Position numbers and translations under genes: made by a program. The notes below the pieces were generated by a model. That model ran no database searches. It was not told the DNA's origin and saw only the letters and a program-made list of their open reading frames with translations. Source: Chthoniobacteraceae bacterium (GTDB taxonomy: Bacteria; Verrucomicrobiota; Verrucomicrobiia; Chthoniobacterales; Chthoniobacteraceae). From it: DNA of 39,327 nucleotides. Where the stretch lies: NCBI GenBank assembly GCA_031409655.1, contig JANNXQ010000256.1, positions 1 through 39,327 of the forward strand. The letters are read 5' to 3'. Below, piece by piece: positions 34,688 to 39,327 of this stretch (its first letter is position 1; each line of letters opens with the position of its first letter).

Positions 34688-35419
34688 TCAGCGGCGGGTG
34701 ATGCGGACTTCGGGGCGGTAGGTGACGCGCACGAGGAGATCGCCGCGGCCGCCGCGGGGCTTGGGCAGGCCGACGCCGGGGAGGCGCAGAGTTTCGCCGC
34801 GCGCGATTCCGGCGGGGATTTGCACGTGGAGCATGGAGCCGGTGGGGCCGGGGAGCATTTCGCTGCCGCCGCGGGTGGCGCGTTGGAAGTTGATCCGCAG
34901 GTCGCACCGCAGATCGGAGCCGCGGGCTTTGAAGCGGGCGGAAGGGAACGCCTTCACGCGCACTTGCACAAAGCCGCCTTCGAAGGGCTCGCTGCGGGGG
35001 ATCTTGAAGCGCGTGCCTGGGGCAGTGTCGGGGAGCACGTGGAGTTCGTAGGTTTCGGAGCCGTGCGGGTTCGCGGGGTCTTTCACGCGCACGTCCAGCG
35101 TGGTGCCGCGGAAGAAGTCTTCGATGCGCACAAAGACGTCCTGCGCGACGTGGCGCTCGATTTTGGCGGACGCCGGACCGTGCGCGGGACGCTCGGCAGC
35201 GTCGCGGTCACGATCGTAGGCGCGGCGGCGCGCGGGATCGCTGAGGGTCTCGTGGGCGACGTTGAGTTCCTGCGAGCGCGCGAGGGCGTCGGGCGCGTCG
35301 GGGTTCAGATCCGGGTGATGTCGCTTGGCGAGCAGGCGGTAGGCGGCGCGGATCTGCGCGATGGTGCAGCGGCGGTCGAGGCCGAGGATGGCGTAATAAT
35401 CAGGGTCGGCGCATTCCAA
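34688..35419 (-). CDS. DnaJ-domain protein (CbpA-like; J domain + C-terminal domain, no Zn finger)
   Basis: DYYAILG, HHPDLN, LSDP.RRR.YD, 'F...GSDL', 'LRL.G.GLP...GGRGDLLV'. Start uncertain (TTG 35419). Confidence 0.85.
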   Translation of the reverse strand: MECADPDYYAILGLDRRCTIAQIRAAYRLLAKRHHPDLNPDAPDALARSQELNVAHETLSDPARRRAYDRDRDAAERPAHGPASAKIERHVAQDVFVRIEDFFRGTTLDVRVKDPANPHGSETYELHVLPDTAPGTRFKIPRSEPFEGGFVQVRVKAFPSARFKARGSDLRCDLRINFQRATRGGSEMLPGPTGSMLHVQIPAGIARGETLRLPGVGLPKPRGGRGDLLVRVTYRPEVRITRR

Positions 35420-35516
35420 ATCGCATTGAGCGTAGCGGACGCGGCGCGTGTCGCCAGCCCGATGCACGAAGCGCGCAACCTTGCTCTCGTGCGGGCGAGA
35501 ACGTACCACCTTCGCC

Positions 35517-36860
35517 ATGCATCCCTCCCGACGCTCCTTCCTCCAGCAACTCGCCGCCGGTGCCGTGATCGCGCCGTGGGTCACGCGCGGCCTCCTCGCG
35601 CAATCGCCGAACTCCGTGATCCGTCACGCCAGCTTTGGCGCGGCGGGAATGGCGAAGTCCGACTACACGGCCATCGCGAAACATCCGGCGGTGAAAGTGG
35701 TGGCGGCGTGTGATGTGGATCTGAAGCGCACGGCGGAGTTTCGGAAGGCCTTCCCGGAGGCGACGGTCTATCAGGATTTCCGCGAGCTTCTGGAGAAGGA
35801 GAAGGACTTGCAGACGGTGAACGTCTCGACGCCGGATCACATGCACGCGCCGATCGGGATGGCGGCGCTGCAGCGCGGGCTGCACGTCTATGGGCAGAAG
35901 CCGCTGACGCATGACCTTTACGAATGCCGCCGACTCGCCGAGGTGGCGCGGGAGAAGAAGCTCGTGACGCAGATGGGCATCCAGATTCACAGCAGCTCGG
36001 AGTATCGCACCGCGGTGAAGCTCGTGCAGGACGGCGTGATCGGGAAGATCAAGGAGGTGCACACGTGGAGCAGCAAGGCGTGGGGCGATGTGGGCGAAAA
36101 GCCGGAGCGGACGGACGCGGTGCCTGAGGGGCTCGATTGGGATCGGTGGCTGGGCGGGTGCGCGGAGCGGCCCTTCATCGGTCAGGGCTGGTATCATCCG
36201 GGGAACTGGCGGAAGCGGCTCGACTTTGGCACGGGCACCTTTGGCGACATGGGGTGCCACATTTACGACCCGGTCTTCAAGGCACTCGCGCTCACCGCGC
36301 CGCTCAGTGTGCGGAGCGAAGGCGCCGCGCCGAATGAGCACTCCTGGGCGACCGACGCGATCTGCCATTACGTCTTTCCCGGCACGGCCTACACGGCGGA
36401 GGAGACGGTGCGAGTCACCTGGTATGATGGCCAGCAGCGCCCGCCCGCCGAGATTCTGGCGCTGGCTGTGAATCGCGACGGTGACGACAAGGACAAAGCG
36501 AACAAAGCACCCGACCAAGGCAGCATTTTCATCGGCACAAATGGCGTGATGGTGCTCCCGCACGTCGGCGCGCCGCGACTCGTGGGACCGGAGTTCAAGG
36601 AGCGCAAGATCGAGACCGTGGAAGGCACGAACCACTGGCACCAGTTCATCGACGCCGCGCGTGGCGAAGGGAAGACGAGCGCCAGCTTTGACTACGCTGG
36701 CCCGCTCACCGAAGCGGTGCTGCTCGGCAGCGTCGCCTCGCGCTTTCCCCAGCAGGAGCTGAAGTGGGACGCCGCGGCGCTGAAGTTCACCAACGTCGTG
36801 GAGGCGAATGCGTTGGTGAAGCGGGCGTATCGCAAGGGCTGGGATGTCGTCGGGCTCTAA
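35517..36860 (+). CDS. Tat-exported Gfo/Idh/MocA family oxidoreductase
   Basis: SRRSFL, 'VSTPDHMHA', 'HVYGQKPL', 'QMGIQ', 'GDMGCH'. Confidence 0.9.
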   Translation: MHPSRRSFLQQLAAGAVIAPWVTRGLLAQSPNSVIRHASFGAAGMAKSDYTAIAKHPAVKVVAACDVDLKRTAEFRKAFPEATVYQDFRELLEKEKDLQTVNVSTPDHMHAPIGMAALQRGLHVYGQKPLTHDLYECRRLAEVAREKKLVTQMGIQIHSSSEYRTAVKLVQDGVIGKIKEVHTWSSKAWGDVGEKPERTDAVPEGLDWDRWLGGCAERPFIGQGWYHPGNWRKRLDFGTGTFGDMGCHIYDPVFKALALTAPLSVRSEGAAPNEHSWATDAICHYVFPGTAYTAEETVRVTWYDGQQRPPAEILALAVNRDGDDKDKANKAPDQGSIFIGTNGVMVLPHVGAPRLVGPEFKERKIETVEGTNHWHQFIDAARGEGKTSASFDYAGPLTEAVLLGSVASRFPQQELKWDAAALKFTNVVEANALVKRAYRKGWDVVGL

Positions 36861-36872
36861 TCACTCAAGCCG

Positions 36873-38210
36873 ATGCACGCGCTCTGGGCATTCGTGGCGT
36901 TAGCGTTCGTTTCGCAGACCTTCGCTGCTGATCTCGGTGCCGTCGGTGATGGCAAGGCGGACGACACGGCGGCGATCCAAAAGGCGGCCGACGCTGGCGG
37001 CGCGATCCATTTTCCCACGGGCACCTATCGCCTGACAAAGACCGTGGTCATCACGCTGGATACCGCTGGCTTTACCTCGCTGAACGCTGAAGGCACGGCG
37101 CGCATCGTGATGGCGGGCGCGGGGCCGGCGTTCCGCTTCGTCGGCACGCACGGTGGCTCGGCAGATCCGAAGACGCTGCAGCCCGAGGTCACGGCCCGCC
37201 AGCGGATGCCGATGGTCGATGGGCTCGAGATCATCGGGGATCATCCCGAGGCCGATGCCATCGAGGCGAATGGCACCATGCAACTCACGATCACGCGCAC
37301 GCGCATCAATGGCGTGCAGCACGGCATTCACCTGACTGGGCGCAACCGCAACCTGCTCGTGAGCGAGTGCCAGATCTACCACAACACCGGCATCGGCATT
37401 TTCTACGACGACGTGAACTTGCATCAGTCGAACATCACCGGCTGCCACATCAGCTACTGCGCCGGTGGCGGCGTGGTCTCGCGGGGCGGCGAAGTGCGCA
37501 ACGTCCACATCGCCGGTAGCGACATCGAGAGCAACATGACTGCCGACGCGCCAGAGACCGCCAATGTCCTCCTCGACTCCCGCGGTGGCTCCATCGCGGA
37601 AATCGCGATCACCGGTTGCACCTTGCAGCACAACAGAAAATCGCTCGGCTCCGCGAACATCCGCATCCTCGGCCCCGGCAAGGATCTTGCCACCACCCGC
37701 GCCGGAGCGAAGAGCCCGCGCTGGGGACACGTGACGATCACCGGCAATGTCTTTAGCGACGTGCGGGTGAACGTACACATCCAAAACGCGCGCGGAATCG
37801 TGCTGACGGGAAACACCTTTTGGGAAGGCTTCGATCGCGACTTGCTGGTGGAAGGCAGCAGCAACGTCGTGGTAGGAGCGAACAACTTCGAGCGCAACCC
37901 CGGCTACGAGCTCTGGCAGGGCGAACGACCGAAACATGGCGTGTCCTTTCGCGCCTGCGAAGACTGCACGCTGACTGGCCTGCACCTCCTCGGCGTCCGC
38001 GAGCAACCGGCCGCCATCACGCTCGAAGATTGCCGCCGCATGCACGTCGCAGACTGCACCGTGCTCGACTCCGACCACGCCGGCCTTTTGCTAAAGAACG
38101 TGCGCGACAGCTTTGTGCATGGATGCTTCCTCCGCGACGATCGCGCGGAAAAGCCGCCCTTCGAACCGATCCTCATCGAAAGCGGCGAAGGCAACCGCAT
38201 CGAACGCTGA
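36873..38210 (+). CDS. Secreted pectate-lyase-like right-handed beta-helix protein
   Basis: 'GAVGDGKADDTAAIQKA', 'FPTGTYRL' and repeated I.G/N coils. Confidence 0.8.
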   Translation: MHALWAFVALAFVSQTFAADLGAVGDGKADDTAAIQKAADAGGAIHFPTGTYRLTKTVVITLDTAGFTSLNAEGTARIVMAGAGPAFRFVGTHGGSADPKTLQPEVTARQRMPMVDGLEIIGDHPEADAIEANGTMQLTITRTRINGVQHGIHLTGRNRNLLVSECQIYHNTGIGIFYDDVNLHQSNITGCHISYCAGGGVVSRGGEVRNVHIAGSDIESNMTADAPETANVLLDSRGGSIAEIAITGCTLQHNRKSLGSANIRILGPGKDLATTRAGAKSPRWGHVTITGNVFSDVRVNVHIQNARGIVLTGNTFWEGFDRDLLVEGSSNVVVGANNFERNPGYELWQGERPKHGVSFRACEDCTLTGLHLLGVREQPAAITLEDCRRMHVADCTVLDSDHAGLLLKNVRDSFVHGCFLRDDRAEKPPFEPILIESGEGNRIER

Positions 38211-38705
38211 GTCCGTTTGACGCGGGCCTTCGTCGGACTTTCCGGTTGCGGGCATTTCGCGCGATGTTAAAACGCGAGCACTTGGCGGTGTGATGGAATG
38301 GCAGACATACCGGACTTAAAATTCGGCTTTTTGCCATTTTTCGCCTTTGCATTTCATTGCAGCAGATCGCCCGCAAAGGCTTATGAATACAAGCGTGGCA
38401 GGCGATTCAACCGATTCCGTCAGCGCCCGTCAGGATCGAGTTCATCGGGCATCAAAGTAGAACAAAAGTAGAACACATGAGCGATGTCTCCCGCACAGGC
38501 CATGTCCGAAGCACCGCGCTTTGCCCACCGGTGTGTGGATCGCGATGAGCTTCAAGGGCGATGGGCATCCATTTCTTTTCGTTGATCGCTCTGGAACGGA
38601 TCGAAGTGCGTCCTGCACGATGCTTTCATTCTGGCATAAACGACCATCTTTGCCGCGCTTCACGACGGCGTTACGGCGCGCTCCCCTCACATCTGGCAAG
38701 AGCTG

Positions 38706-39029
38706 TTACGCCTCCAGCGCTTCCGGGTTGGTGCTTCACTACCGCGAGCAGACGCAAGGCCGCACCGCTCGGGTTGTGCGGGCCGGTTTTCCACGAGAGC
38801 GCCGTCACCTACGGCACATTGAGCAGGGCGGCGAACTCAACTTGCGTGCAACCCAGCCGCACCAACACTGCGTGGCTTCCCTTCGCCGGGATGATTTTCA
38901 TCGGTGGCGGCAACTTCAAGGTGAGTTTGCGCCAGGACTCGCTCCCAGCGGCATAGCGTCTGAAACGCGCTATAACGCACCGCCATCATAGGAATAGGAC
39001 TTTTCGGTGTGCGTGATTCTCGTTTTCAA
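38706..39029 (-). pseudogene. XRE-family HTH antitoxin (HigA-like) pseudogene
   Basis: Minus-strand translation ...RYAAGSESWRKLTLKLPPPMKII...VRLGCTQVEFAALLNVP*VTALSWKTGPHNPSGAALRLLAVVKH[fs]NPEALEA*. Internal TAG at 38809-38811 plus frameshifts. Confidence 0.65.
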
Positions 39030-39327
39030 CGGTTGTGAGGTCTTTTGATGGTTTCCACTCCCGCTTGCAGCCACGTCGCCAGTGGTAGCGGGATTTCGGC
39101 CTCCTTCGCAATAGTGGACACGATAACTCCTTCGGTTTGCCGGCGTGCCCGCCCCAACCGGGATTATTTTCAATTTTTCTTCGATTATCCTAAAAGCGTG
39201 ATTGGAAGCGGCTGTCGTTTTGTGAAAGAAGCGGCTGTCGTGCGGGATGCAGCAGCGCCACGACTCCGGTTGTGCTCACCCTGCGGGTGAGCGTCTTTCT
39301 CCATCCTTGCAGAGCACTCCGGCGTGG

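Noticed and set aside
38477..38660. VapC/PIN toxin remnant (LPTGVWIAMSF...GHPF)
   Set aside because: Resemblance is limited to about 15 residues and lacks the catalytic Asp, so it is not supportable.

Overview
GC-rich bacterial chromosomal window, most likely Verrucomicrobiota (Chthoniobacter-like; inferred from protein families and repeat types). The housekeeping and metabolic backbone comprises a PQQ-like propeller, DUF6263, a YjhG/YagF xylonate dehydratase, dnaE, prs-rplY-pth-rpsF-ssb, a PVC-type heme protein, a DnaJ-domain protein, a Gfo/Idh/MocA oxidoreductase and a beta-helix protein. It surrounds an accessory region at about 4.3-20 kb. That region holds a 21-bp palindromic tandem array and a shattered type I restriction-modification locus (hsdM and hsdR remnants plus a TIR fragment). 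The middle of the locus is occupied by an intact ~1540-aa NLR/STAND-like gene (2x DUF4062, P-loop NTPase, helical/TPR region, duplicated uncharacterised domain), a candidate anti-phage system. An FN3 + collagen gene pair and a cassette of secreted beta-helix, Calx-beta and GWI-repeat proteins follow. The window is dense in tiny non-coding elements: five 63-81 bp mini-hairpin insertions that all end in CA before a target A, two IS5-like MITEs (CTAG target), REP doublets and heptamer inverted repeats. The heptamer repeats mark hsdR deletion breakpoints and appear co-opted into signal peptides. A decayed HigBA-like locus lies at the right end. All family assignments come from motif recognition, not database searches.
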